A DNA stretch of 63,967 nt, filler included, from Saprolegnia diclina VS20 (Eukaryota): assembly GCF_000281045.1 (NCBI RefSeq). It is 6 parts of 3 records of this genome, joined end to end, with 100 filler letters (N's around TTAATTAATTAA, not from the genome) between each part and the next. Parts side by side here need not be neighbours in the genome. Positions count along the whole stretch, not along the records: positions 1 to 15,059 come from NW_008246144.1; positions 15,160 to 25,219 come from NW_008246144.1; 4 more parts are not named here. The stretch is one strand, 5' to 3'. The notes under the pieces were generated by a model that worked only from the letters and a program-made list of their open reading frames with translations, ran no database searches and was not told the origin of the DNA. A program made the translations under genes and the position numbers. Of the stretch, positions 13,228 to 23,895 are shown piece by piece (the first letter of the stretch is position 1; every line of letters begins with the position of its first letter).

Positions 13228-13863
13228 CTCGGTCGTCGGTAACACACGGAAGATTTTATGCTGACGCGAGGTCCCCGGATACGCAATTTGTATTCGGACG
13301 CTACGTGATTGGTCAATATCACCATCTTTTCCGCCAATCGGAACGAGGGCAAGATCGCCGACAGCAAGGTTGATCTTGGGACCGACGACAAAATTCTACA
13401 TTGCTAAACTAGACAAATAGTGTATACGATAGACACGGTGACGTTGTGAATGTTTAATTACAAAGACTCTTGCGACCGATAAAACACGGTATGACGACGT
13501 GTGACACAGACACTGCTCTGCTGGTGTGGGACTCTGTCCTGTCCTTCGCACACATCGATCCTTGGTGAGGCGTGGCAGGGTGAGTAGACCATACATTATT
13601 GTCTGTACTAAGGTCGACGACGAGATCATTTACTCCAATATGAGTACACACCGTGCGCGCCAACCTTGTCGACGATCAGACCTAGCCCTAAGCAGTGTCC
13701 AAAACCCATCTACATCTCGAGTACCGGTACAAAGGAGACTAGTATTGAGACCCCATAATGCTATTGCGAAATCGACGCGACCCAACTCGAAATATACGAC
13801 GAATCACGTGAATTTTCGACAATTCTCTTTGGACAAGGAAAAATATCGTATTTCCCGGATTTT

Positions 13864-15059
13864 CTATTCCATTGTCAACATTTGCTCAATCGCATCAACA
13901 AGGGGCGCAAGCTGGTGGAGGAGAACATCGGCCATCATCACCTTGGGCACGCTCTCAAACGGGTTGTCGGCTGGGAGCGTCATGGGAATTTCACCGAGGA
14001 GACACATGCGGCGGCGGCAGCTCGTGTCGCTCGTCGCTTCGGCCACGTATCTACTCGTAGACATTAGTCCTAATTGTCCATGAAAGATAGACAATAATGT
14101 GTACATGCACGTTTGATTGCCAATCAAAAGACCCGGCGCGATCGGGTACCGCGCGTCGGCCAAAATCGATTTCAGTACAATCACGACGCGGTGCGGTTCC
14201 GTGTAGCGCTTCAAGGCCGAGAGCCGCTGAAGATAAGGGACGCCGCCCGCCACGGCCGTCAAGCACGTGTCTCTGCAGTACGCAGTGTCGGGGCCAAACG
14301 ACTCGAGCACCTAGCTCAGAGGTCGAGAATGGCGCTGCAGCAGAATGCTACCTCGTGGACTTTGCAGGGAAACGCCATGTCGCCTTCCTTGGCCCAGAGG
14401 TTCCAGTACTTTTCGGCCGACGCGACGAACGAGCAGTTCATGCTAGCGACGCTCTGCGTCTCCAGTGCGAGATGGTCGTCCTTTGGCTGCAGCTGGATCG
14501 TCCGGTGGCCGTCCACGGCGTCGTAGAGTCGCTTCCGGAGGAAGATGGCGTCGACGTCGGCGTACGCAGCATCCACGAGGCTGTGGAACGCGGCTGCTCG
14601 CGCTACGGGCTCGGTCGGCAGCTGTTGGAATTTCCATTCGGCTACGTCCAAGGTCGGGAATGCCTAGGATACCATGAGCTTCGAATGGACAAGATGGGAA
14701 GAGACCGCGAGCTGTGGGCGCTTGCACAGGAGCTTGTCGAGCGCTTTGGCAACGATGAGCTGGTCCTCGAGCGCCCGCTTGAGCCGTGCGTTCTCCAAGT
14801 GTGCTTGATACGTGTACGAACGCTGGGCAATCGACATGGCCTCCCACTGCGACGTGTGCTGCGACGTGTCGGCGTCGCGGAGCAGCGCCAGGTGCGCCGT
14901 GAGCTCGGCGACTTGGTGCTGGAGGTACTCGCGCTCGGTCTTTTGTCGCTTGCGGTACTTGCGCTGGCGCTCCATCTTCATGGCGGACGCGGCCCGGGCC
15001 CTGTCGTCGGCTGCATCGGGCGGCGAGGACCCGGCCTGGCTGTCGCTTGGCGGCGAGGA
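13864..15059 (-). CDS. Oomycete bZIP-like coiled-coil / START-like family protein, multi-exon; 5' end in gap
   Basis: Basic region MERQRKYRKRQKTEREYLQHQVAEL, then W-containing coiled coil ENARLKRALEDQL. Downstream exons VIVLKSILADARYP. Same general architecture as 41804-43061. Confidence 0.65.
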
Positions 15060-15103
15060 NNNNNNNNNNNNNNNNNNNNNNNNNNNNNNNNNNNNNNNNN
15101 NNN

Positions 15104-15115
15104 TTAATTAATTAA
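15104..15115. other. Artificial contig-joining linker TTAATTAATTAA inside an N run (also 25264-25275, 38797-38808, 46815-46826, 60415-60426)
   Basis: Identical 12-mer with stops in all six frames, each time flanked by similar-length N runs. Confidence 0.95.
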
Positions 15116-15159
15116 NNNNNNNNNNNNNNNNNNNNNNNNNNNNNNNNNNNNNNNNNNNN

Positions 15160-15797
15160 ATCACGGACGACGACCTCCGGCGTGTGCGCGCGGGCAACGG
15201 CCTCGCCCTCGCGGTCTCGCTCAGCAGCGAAGAACATGGTGTCGCGATGGTCGAGAAGCTCGTGCAGCCGTCGACGGAGCTCTGGACGCTTCGCAACTCG
15301 GCGGCGCTGGTAGCATCGGGCTTGCTCAGTCTCTCGTCGGTGCCGACGTGGATTGCCACCACGCTTGCGGCGCCTGTCGTCCCGACGCTCGTGGCGCTCG
15401 TTTGGGATGAGAACCCGCTTGTCAAGTTGACCTCGCGGTCAAGGTCGACGCGGCGCTTGTCTCGGCGCTCGCTGTGGGCCTCACGGACGCCACCAACAAG
15501 GTCGCCAAACGCATAGCGATGCGCGTCGTCAAGCGCCTGACCAAAATCGCCGCGAAGCGTGTGCGCGAGCACTTGGGTCCACTCGGCCGCCGATTTTTGC
15601 GCTCATCAAGAACCCAAAATCAACATCAAGCTCGGTACCAAGCGTGCGCTCTTGTACGTGCTCGAGGTTGCGACGCGCCCCTAGCCCTCGCGGAGTACCT
15701 CGCAAGCGCCGAGCAAGGCAAGCTCCTCGTCGAGTACGCCCGCCGTGTTCCCTCCAATCTCATGCTCAAGCTCAACGAAGACGACAGTGACGACGAA
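15160..15797 (+). pseudogene. Frameshifted fragment resembling the HEAT-repeat C-terminus of translational activator GCN1
   Basis: Across frame changes: LWTLRNSAAL, LVWDENPLVK, LTDATNKVAKRIAMRVVKRLTK, PPIFALIK, INIKLGTKRALLYVLEV, LLVEYARRV, LNEDDSDDE. This resembles GCN1/ILITYHIA C-termini from recall; no search was run. Confidence 0.55.
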
Positions 15798-16439
15798 GGT
15801 GTTGGGACCTCGTGGCAGTCGCCCATTGGGCCAAGCTCTGGCCGTCCGCTGATTGGACGCCAGACTGGCCAATAGGCGCTGCTCCAATGTATTGGTCCAG
15901 CAGTAGCTTGTAAAAGCTCATCGAATTCAGACTTTGTTTTGCCTTTGAAGAGTGGTGCATCCTCCTCAAGCGCAGAAGCTCGTGTCGGTGGTCTTCCAAC
16001 CCCGACGGCACAACAGAAGGCGCCAAGTAAAAACAAGTGCGCACTAGCTGCCTGTAAACGCAACTCAAATAGCATATCCAATTGCACTCGCACACTCTCA
16101 AGGGGCGACGGCAAGAGAGCTTTTAATGCGTTTCCTTCGTTGCAAATGGCATGTGCCATATATAAGTTCCTCATGAGGCCGCAAATAGTGCAATTCGGCA
16201 TCACTTTGGATACGAAATTCGAGCGCTGTAGGCCGCGCACGACGGTGCAACTTGGTGCTCCGTGCTATACAAAGCAAACTTAATCACTCTACGACGTAGG
16301 AGCCATTTTGTATTTTGACCGAGGTTGGCCACCAAATCGCAAGCGGGAACGCACCGCGACAGCTTGCGTGTTGTTAGCCACATTATCCGGATATCCGGTG
16401 TAGCATCATCATGAGGCCGCGCGGTCGACCACTTTGCGT

Positions 16440-16603
16440 TCGAAAACGAAATGGCCAAACCTTGGCACAGTGGTAAATAACGCTATGGAGGGCACGGAAA
16501 GCGAGGTCGCATCGACGTACGAGGCGTACAGCGATAGTGAGACGCGATCAAAGATGCGCGCCAAACTGAGATCGTAGTGCCATCTGAGAGGCACAACGCA
16601 CTC
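16440..16603 (+). repeat. Dispersed repeat, diverged copy of 24125-24280
   Basis: Shared run ...aacgct(a/g)tggag(g/a)gcacggaaa...cgaggcgtacag...aagatgcgcg(c/t)caaact(g/a)agatcgtagtgccatctgagag. Ends at an N gap. Confidence 0.8.
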
Positions 16604-18402
16604 NNNNNNNNNNNNNNNNNNNNNNNNNNNNNNNNNNNNNNNNNNNNNNNNNNNNNNNNNNNNNNNNNNNNNNNNNNNNNNNNNNNNNNNNNNNNNNNNN
16701 NNNNNNNNNNNNNNNNNNNNNNNNNNNNNNNNNNNNNNNNNNNNNNNNNNNNNNNNNNNNNNNNNNNNNNNNNNNNNNNNNNNNNNNNNNNNNNNTCCTG
16801 TCGACTGTGGACGGTGGAACTCGTGTGGCCGAGGTCCTTCTTTCGCCACGCATCCCTGCAGTACAGGACGTTGGCTTGTCACGTACGCAGAGATCGCAGC
16901 GTCTTCATGCAGCAAGCGAGCTTGGGTCTGCGGCGTCGAGGATCGATGATCGCCAAGCTCGATTGGTGGTATCAGTTCGACCGTGTCGCGCTCGTGGCGT
17001 CGTTTCAAGGCATCCGGATAAATAGCCGGACACCAATAGCAATTCATTTCAAAATGGGCGCCGCGACGAGCCGAGAAACGACGGCGCAGCATTGGGCGCT
17101 GGGCGCGCGGCGTCGCGTTCGGAGCGCACTCATCATCTCTCATTGCAGAGGCAAGCGGCACTCATCTCGAACGCCTCACGCGTGACGCCCTGCTGCTTGC
17201 GCACGGCAGCCAGCACAGAGACCGCTGGCCGCGCCGCGACGACATTACGAACTTCTCGCCCATTGCTAATCTCATATCGCTCAAAGTGACCTCCGATCCT
17301 CTCTCTGCTAGAGGTAGCGAGCAATCGAGACAGCTCGCTCGTAATGTTTGTGTAGGCTGCGCCTTCTTAATGGCGATGTGCCTTTTGCAAGTACTCCGTC
17401 ACATCTCTGCAGACCGCGGTCGTTAGGACATGGTCACACTTCCGGCAGCATTTGCCAGCCTCAACGCCGCGACGTTAACGACATTTTCGAGCCGATTACA
17501 TACACTACACGCCCAAGCACGAGACAGTGCGCGCAGCCGATCGAAATGCTCCAAGTCCTCGATATGATCAAGTCCAAGGTCAGCAACGGGCCCAGGCCGC
17601 GCCGGCGACGCTCCTGCCTACTCTCGGGTCACAAGCAGCCTCCCGATCCTCGTCGTGAACGTCCTACAGGCTGCAACGCTCCTCCAGTAGCTCGACACAC
17701 CTGTGCCGGCCACCCCCGCGCCCGCGGGTGGCCAGTGCAGCTCCAGCCGACGCAAAGCTGCCGATGCTTTCATCGACCCAGCTCGTAGATGGATGTTTTC
17801 GTCCGCCGCGCTCTCCAAGATGATCGACAAGCGGCTTCTCAAGCGCGATGCAGAGCTAAAGCTGCAGGCGCGCCCTACTGACACGCTCATTGTCACTATG
17901 ATCGTCTTGCTGCGGTGCTTTCCACGCTTCTGCCGCTCTGCGATGATGCCAGATCGTCTCTGTCGGCGTTTGTCCGCGACGGGTTTCGATTGCGTATAGC
18001 CTTCGATCGCTGTCATGGCGCTGCTTCCGCAANNNNNNNNNNNNNNNNNNNNNNNNNNNNNNNNNNNNNNNNNNNNNNNNNNNNNNNNNNNNNNNNNNNN
18101 NNNNNNNNNNNNNNNNNNNNNNNNNNNNNNNNNNNNNNNNNNNNNNNNNNNNNNNNNNNNNNNNNNNNNNNNNNNNNNNNNNNNNNNNNNNNNNNNNNNN
18201 NNNNNNNNNNNNNNNNNNNNNNNNNNNNNNNNNNNNNNNNNNNNNNNNNNNNNNNNNNNNNNNNNNNNNNNNNNNNNNNNNNNNNNNNNNNNNNNNNNNN
18301 NNNNNNNNNNNNNNNNNNNNNNNNNNNNNNNNNNNNNNNNNNNNNNNNNNNNNNNNNNNNNNNNNNNNNNNNNNNNNNNNNNNNNNNNNNNNNNNNNNNN
18401 NN

Positions 18403-18497
18403 CCATTTGTAAAACCACCTCCTTTCTCTATATTATACTTAGACCAAGTCTACCGATCCAACTCGTTGAAGATACCTGCCCAATGGCAAGTCTCTTA
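18403..18497 (-). repeat. 3' LTR (visible part)
   Basis: Identical by eye to 24030-24124 (ccatttgtaaaaccacc...ggcaagtctctta). Confidence 0.92.
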
Positions 18498-18510
18498 CGT
18501 CCCCGTCTTC
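18498..18510 (-). promoter_or_regulatory. Polypurine tract of the Copia element
   Basis: Minus strand GAAGACGGGGACG lies immediately before the 3' LTR start TAAGAGAC. Confidence 0.7.
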
Positions 18511-21500
18511 AACTGAGATGGATGACCCGTCTGTCCTTCTTCTCGTGCATCGTGGCCGAAGCGTGGCGTCCCACCTTGGCCGCACGTTGTACGCGTCGGC
18601 GCGCGACCTCAGCAGCTTCCGTCCGTCGACGGGGTTGCTGCTTCGTCACGCGGCGTACCTTCCGGCTTGAGCCGGTCACGTCTTTCGGCAGGCGCTTGGC
18701 CTGGACGTGGCGCGCTTCGGAGGACGAGTCGGCGTCCTGCGCGTCTTCTTCATCTTCATCTTCATCTTCCTCTTCATCGTCCGTGTCCACTTCACCTGGA
18801 GTGACCCACGCGGGATCGTTCTCCATGACAAGGCGTAGCACCCGACCTGGCAGCTTGCGCTGCACCTTGTTGCTCTTCTTGGTCGACAGCGCCTTCGCCA
18901 TGGCGCGCTTGACGTCGATGACGCCGATCGCGTCGCGGAACTTGTGGAACCGCACTTGATCGACGGCCTTGGTGAAGAGGTCGGACATGTTGTCCGCACT
19001 GCGTACGGCGCGAATCCGAAGCTTGCGCTTCTCGACGTATTCGCGGCAGATGAGGTGTCGCACTTCAATGTGCTTGGAGCGCTTGTGCGAGCCGGGCCGT
19101 TGACACAGCGAGACTGCACCGCGGTTGTCGATGAGCAGCATGGACGGGTTGTGCGTGAGGTGTGACTCCTCGAGCAGTTGTTCCATCCAGACGATGTCGC
19201 GGGCCGCCGTGCTTGCTGCAACCGTCTCAGCGTGTGTCGAGCTGGACGCGATGTTGTCTTGCTTGAAGCTCTTGGCGGCAATCGTCTGCCCGTTCATCTG
19301 CGTGACGTAACCCGTGATCGACCTGCGGTCCTTGATGTCGTTGGCCCAGTCGGAGTCGCACCACCCTTCGACGGTGATGCCGTCGTACGTCCGAGCTTCT
19401 TCGAGGTCGTACACCAGGCCGTAGTCGATCGTGCCGACAAGGTACCGAAGCACCCGCTGAGCCATCGCCCAGTGCGTGTGCGTGTACGTGTTGAGGTACT
19501 TGCCGAGCGTCCGGACCGCGTTGGCGAGCTCGAGGCGTGAGCCCGTCACGAGGTACTGAAGAGCACCCACGAGGTTGCGGTACGGGTACGCGGCCTTGTC
19601 GATCTCCTTCTGTTGACCTTCTTCGAGATCGGCCGACTTCTCGGCACCGGGAGTCTGCGGCATGTCCGTCGGGTTCATGCCGGGGTTGCCGAACTTGGCG
19701 ATGATGTCTTCCGTGTAGCGGCGCTGCGAGAACGAGAGTAGCTTGCCCGGGACGTAGTTGATCTCGACGCCGAGCAAGTACTTGAGCGGGCCGAGCTGCG
19801 TCATCTTGAACTTGGCGAGGAGCGCCTCGATCACCGGCGCGGTGTGCACGTCTTCGCCGAGGATGATGAGGTCGTCAACGTAGACGGTCACGAAAATAAT
19901 GTCGCGGTCGTCTTCTCCTCCCACTGTTTTCGTGTACAGGCCGTGATCCTTCTCGTTGCGCGTGAAGCCGAGGCCGACGAGAAACTGGTGCAGCATCGAG
20001 TTCCACTCGCGCGGACCTTGACGCAGGCCGTAGATGCTCTTGAGGAGGAGACACACCCATTTGTCGCGTGGGTAGTTCGGGTCCTCAAAGCCATCGGGCT
20101 GCTCCATGAGGAGGACGTGGCGCCGGTCGAGCGTCGCGTTGAGAAACGCCGTGATAAAGTCGTACTGGCGCAGCGACCAGCCGCGCATTGCTGCGTACAG
20201 CAAGATTGCACGCAGCGTTTCAAACCGGATCACGGGCGCGAACGTCTCGTCGTAATCGCGACCAAAGACTTGTTCGAAGCCCTTAATGACGAGACGTCCC
20301 TTGTAGCGTAAGGAGCGTCGTGCGTTGAGCACCTTGAGCTTGAGCAGCCATCGGTTGCGCAAGACCTTGCGATCGGGCGGGCGCCGGACGAGGCGCCACG
20401 TGCCGTTGGCCTTGTGCGACTCGATTTCTTCCTTCATCGCTTCGATCCACTTGTCCGCGTCGGGCGAGGCGCGCACCTCGTCGAGCGTCTGCGGCACTTC
20501 CTTGTCCGTCTGCGGTTGGTCGGTCAGCAGCACCATACGGTCCGGCTTACGGCGCGCCGAGTCCGATCGCCGCGGCCGCGCGTTTGCACGTGGTAGCTGC
20601 CGCGGTGGCGACCGATTGCGCTTGCGACGTCGCGCACCTCCCACAGCTTGGGCGGTGCCAGCAACGTCCTTGGCTGAGCGCAACGTCGATGGATCTTGAT
20701 CGAGTATGATGCGGCGTCGGGACGTCCCCGTAATGACGGCGGAGACATCGACCGACGTGTCGTCGTCTTGGAGAATGGTGGGCGCGTCGTCTTCATCTTG
20801 AGGCGGCGACGCGTCGGCATCCTCGTCGTCGTCGTCGTCTTCGTCGCTTGACGACGGCGTGTCTTCGTCGTCCCCGTCATCGGAGGCGGCGAGGTCGACG
20901 AGCGGCACGTACGACTCGGGAATGTCGACCACCGGGAGGTCACAAAGTGGCAGCTTCGAAGGCACCGGCTCCGTGGACGTGCCAGCGGCAAGCGCGAGCA
21001 GTTGGCGTACGTACTTGCCGTCCACGGTCTGGTCCTCGAACGACCTTGTGTTCTTGTAGCGAGCGAGATACACCTTGCCGTCGCGCAGGCCGAGCAAACG
21101 GTACCCGCGCGTCTCACCGTCGTAGCCCAGAAAGATGCACGCCAGGCCACGGTGCGAGAGCTTCGAGCCACGGTACTTGCGACCAATGTGCTTGATCATG
21201 ACACAGCCAAACGGCCGTAGGTGCTTGATCGTGGGCGGCTTGCCCTTGAGAGCTTCGAACGGTGTGCGGCCACCAAGTGGCTTCGTGCCCGTGCGGTTGT
21301 ACGTGTAAGCAACGTACTGCGCGCACTCGCACCACAGCTCGTCCGGCAAGCCAGCGGCCGTCAACACGGCCCGCACCTTGTCGATGATCACGTAGTTGAT
21401 CTTCTCCACGAGCGCGACTTCTTCGGGACTGTACGCGTGCGTCACTTGCTGCGTAATGCCAATCTTGCACGTTTCCTTGACGCGCTTGTTGTTGAACATC

Positions 21501-23890
21501 TTGTCGTCGTCGCTCGAGATGATCGCAATCTTGCGGTGGTACATGCGCTGCACCGCAAGCACGAACTGGATCAACGTCTCGATGGCGGCCGCCTTCTGGA
21601 CCATCGGCAGGATCCAGACGAAGCGCGTGCCCTCGTCGATGATAGCGAGGTAGCACGTGTTCATGCCGGCCGACACCGTGCCCGAGATGAAGCCAATGTC
21701 CACGATGATCTTGTGCAGTGGGATCTTCGTGCGCTCGGGCTTCGTGTTGTGGGACATCCGTTTTTGCTTGGCGAGCACGCACGAGAGGCAGTCGGCCGTC
21801 GACTGCAGCTCGCGTGTGGGCACCGCCATGCCAAAGGCGGCGCCACTCTTGGCCATGGACTTGATCACATCCATGTTGGCGTGCGCCAAGCGGTTGTGCC
21901 ACAACCGCAGTTTGCTCTTCTTCGACGGTACGACGGCGCCAGTATAGAGGACCTTGGCGTCGCCGTCGCGCGGTAAGACGCGCGCCCGCAAACGGTAGAA
22001 CCCGTCGCGGAACTGGAAGACGAGCTTGAGCTCGGTGCTGTGAAGCGTCATGGTCAAGTTGTCGGCCGATATCGAGGCCAACAAACCATGGTCTTCGCGG
22101 AGGCGCACTTGGCTCAAAATGTTGACGCGAGAGGCCGTGTCGAGGTGCATCTGCAGCTCCACGTCCGTTGCAGTGCCCGACAATGCGTCCGGGAACGCAA
22201 AGCTAGCGGCGCCGCGGCGCTGCTGGGACGTGTTGCCGTTGAACCACGTCACCTCGTGCACGTGGCCGTCAAACGACTCAAACGCGTGCTCGTGGCGGCA
22301 GATGTGCGCCAGCGCAGCGTTGTCGAGGATGAACTCGACGTCGTCGCACCCGTCCGGCATCGCATCCGCGCTTGTATCGGCTACGTCGACGGCCAGTACC
22401 GGCGCGTCAATGTAGTACAAGCTTGACCCTTCCTTCTGGACAAAGCGCCCGCCTTGGGCCCACGGGGAGCCCTTGCCCTTCTTTTTCTTGAGCGGGATGG
22501 CGGGCTCGTCGCGACCACGCTTGTTCTTGGTGCAGTGGGCCGCGATGTGTCCGGTGTTGTTGCAGTTGAAGCAGCGCGAGTCGCCGCGACCGCCGCGGCT
22601 TCCACGACCGCCGCGACTGCCACGTCCGCCGCCTCGGCCGCCGCCACCCATGTAGCGTGTAAAGTTGATGTCCACGCTGGCGGCGCTTGGCTGCAGAAGG
22701 CCGGCACGCTTCTTGACGGCATAGTCGGCGCCAAGAGCGGCGTAAACTTGAATGGCCGTTGCGTCGGCACGGTTCGAGATGTGCCCGGACGTGTCCAAAA
22801 TGCCCATCGTCGCGCGGACGATGTGACGCTTGCGCATGTCGTCGTCCATCGGCTCACCCATAGCCGCGACGTAGTCGAGCTTGGCGAGGAACGACGTGAG
22901 GAACTCATCCCACGGTTGCGCCGGGTCGTAGCGCAGCGTGTACACCTCGGACATGAGCGTGTCACGCATTTCTTGCGGGATTTGCGCGTACTTGCTCTCC
23001 ATGTACGCATACTTTTCGGCCGCGCTGGGTAGCAACGCGCACTCGCTGCGTGTGGCCTCGTCGAGTGACGGGACGAGCAGCATCAACGCAGCGGAGTCGC
23101 GAGCGCGGTAGAGAGCAAGCGCTTCCGGATCGTCGGCTCCGGGAACCTTCTCGTCGCCCGTGACGAGGTCCCAAAGGCCGTTGCCAGCCATGATGGACTG
23201 GAGCGACGAGCGGTAAGCGAGGTAGTTCTTGCCGGTGTACGGCGGCACCGTGCCACGAGTTCTCGGCACCTTGACCTTCGGCACGTCGGGAACGGCGACG
23301 TGAGTCAAGATGGTCGTGGCTTGCGGTGTCCGGTCGGCAGTAGACGGCGCTCGATCGTCGGGGGACGGCGAGCGATCGGCAGCGGGAAACGGCGCTGCAC
23401 CGCCAGCGAGAAACGGCGCTGGGTCGGTAGCGGGGTTGCGAGGCGCGGGAACGGCGCGTTGCTCGACAACCACAAAATCGGGCTCTTCAGGACGCACGGC
23501 CGGGCCATAATCGACGGGAACGGCGCCGTGGCCGGTCGTGCTCGTAAGGTGTTGAAGAAGCGTCGTGATGAGCTCGCGTTGGGCACGGCTCTCGGCGCGC
23601 TGGGCCTCGTTGTCAGCCACGAGGGACTTGACGATGTTGACGAGGTCACCCGAGTACGGCGGGCGGCGCGGAGACACGAGAGGCGTAAGTGTGCCCATGA
23701 GACTGCGCGGCTCGAGTGGGATGTCGAGGGAGCCGAGGTCGGACGTCGGCGGAGAGTTGGACTTCCGAGTATCCGAGGGCGTGGATGGGCTGTCCACGAC
23801 TGGCTCTTCTTCCACGACACGCTCCTTCTTCTTCTTCTTGGACTTCTTTGCTTTCGTCTCGAGAGACGGATCAGCGTAATGAGGGCTCAT
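18509..23890 (-). CDS. Copia Gag-Pol polyprotein (Gag, CCHC knuckle, protease, integrase, RT, RNase H, extra C-terminal tail)
   Basis: CFNCNNTGHIAAHC knuckle; FILDNAALAH protease; LWHNRLAH...CLSC and DDE integrase; YKGRLVIKGFEQ, KSIYGLRQ, YVDD RT; WCDSDWA, KRSKHIEVR RNase H. Likely ATG lies within the PBS (MSPHY). Confidence 0.95.
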   Translation of the reverse strand: MSPHYADPSLETKAKKSKKKKKERVVEEEPVVDSPSTPSDTRKSNSPPTSDLGSLDIPLEPRSLMGTLTPLVSPRRPPYSGDLVNIVKSLVADNEAQRAESRAQRELITTLLQHLTSTTGHGAVPVDYGPAVRPEEPDFVVVEQRAVPAPRNPATDPAPFLAGGAAPFPAADRSPSPDDRAPSTADRTPQATTILTHVAVPDVPKVKVPRTRGTVPPYTGKNYLAYRSSLQSIMAGNGLWDLVTGDEKVPGADDPEALALYRARDSAALMLLVPSLDEATRSECALLPSAAEKYAYMESKYAQIPQEMRDTLMSEVYTLRYDPAQPWDEFLTSFLAKLDYVAAMGEPMDDDMRKRHIVRATMGILDTSGHISNRADATAIQVYAALGADYAVKKRAGLLQPSAASVDINFTRYMGGGGRGGGRGSRGGRGSRGGRGDSRCFNCNNTGHIAAHCTKNKRGRDEPAIPLKKKKGKGSPWAQGGRFVQKEGSSLYYIDAPVLAVDVADTSADAMPDGCDDVEFILDNAALAHICRHEHAFESFDGHVHEVTWFNGNTSQQRRGAASFAFPDALSGTATDVELQMHLDTASRVNILSQVRLREDHGLLASISADNLTMTLHSTELKLVFQFRDGFYRLRARVLPRDGDAKVLYTGAVVPSKKSKLRLWHNRLAHANMDVIKSMAKSGAAFGMAVPTRELQSTADCLSCVLAKQKRMSHNTKPERTKIPLHKIIVDIGFISGTVSAGMNTCYLAIIDEGTRFVWILPMVQKAAAIETLIQFVLAVQRMYHRKIAIISSDDDKMFNNKRVKETCKIGITQQVTHAYSPEEVALVEKINYVIIDKVRAVLTAAGLPDELWCECAQYVAYTYNRTGTKPLGGRTPFEALKGKPPTIKHLRPFGCVMIKHIGRKYRGSKLSHRGLACIFLGYDGETRGYRLLGLRDGKVYLARYKNTRSFEDQTVDGKYVRQLLALAAGTSTEPVPSKLPLCDLPVVDIPESYVPLVDLAASDDGDDEDTPSSSDEDDDDDEDADASPPQDEDDAPTILQDDDTSVDVSAVITGTSRRRIILDQDPSTLRSAKDVAGTAQAVGGARRRKRNRSPPRQLPRANARPRRSDSARRKPDRMVLLTDQPQTDKEVPQTLDEVRASPDADKWIEAMKEEIESHKANGTWRLVRRPPDRKVLRNRWLLKLKVLNARRSLRYKGRLVIKGFEQVFGRDYDETFAPVIRFETLRAILLYAAMRGWSLRQYDFITAFLNATLDRRHVLLMEQPDGFEDPNYPRDKWVCLLLKSIYGLRQGPREWNSMLHQFLVGLGFTRNEKDHGLYTKTVGGEDDRDIIFVTVYVDDLIILGEDVHTAPVIEALLAKFKMTQLGPLKYLLGVEINYVPGKLLSFSQRRYTEDIIAKFGNPGMNPTDMPQTPGAEKSADLEEGQQKEIDKAAYPYRNLVGALQYLVTGSRLELANAVRTLGKYLNTYTHTHWAMAQRVLRYLVGTIDYGLVYDLEEARTYDGITVEGWCDSDWANDIKDRRSITGYVTQMNGQTIAAKSFKQDNIASSSTHAETVAASTAARDIVWMEQLLEESHLTHNPSMLLIDNRGAVSLCQRPGSHKRSKHIEVRHLICREYVEKRKLRIRAVRSADNMSDLFTKAVDQVRFHKFRDAIGVIDVKRAMAKALSTKKSNKVQRKLPGRVLRLVMENDPAWVTPGEVDTDDEEEDEDEDEEDAQDADSSSEARHVQAKRLPKDVTGSSRKVRRVTKQQPRRRTEAAEVARRRVQRAAKVGRHASATMHEKKDRRVIHLS

Positions 23891-23894
23891 GACC
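23883..23894 (-). promoter_or_regulatory. Primer-binding site, Copia half-tRNA-iMet type
   Basis: Minus strand GGTCATGAGCCC right after the 5' LTR, resembling the GGTTATGGGCCC PBS of Drosophila copia. Confidence 0.75.
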
Positions 23895-23895
23895 T

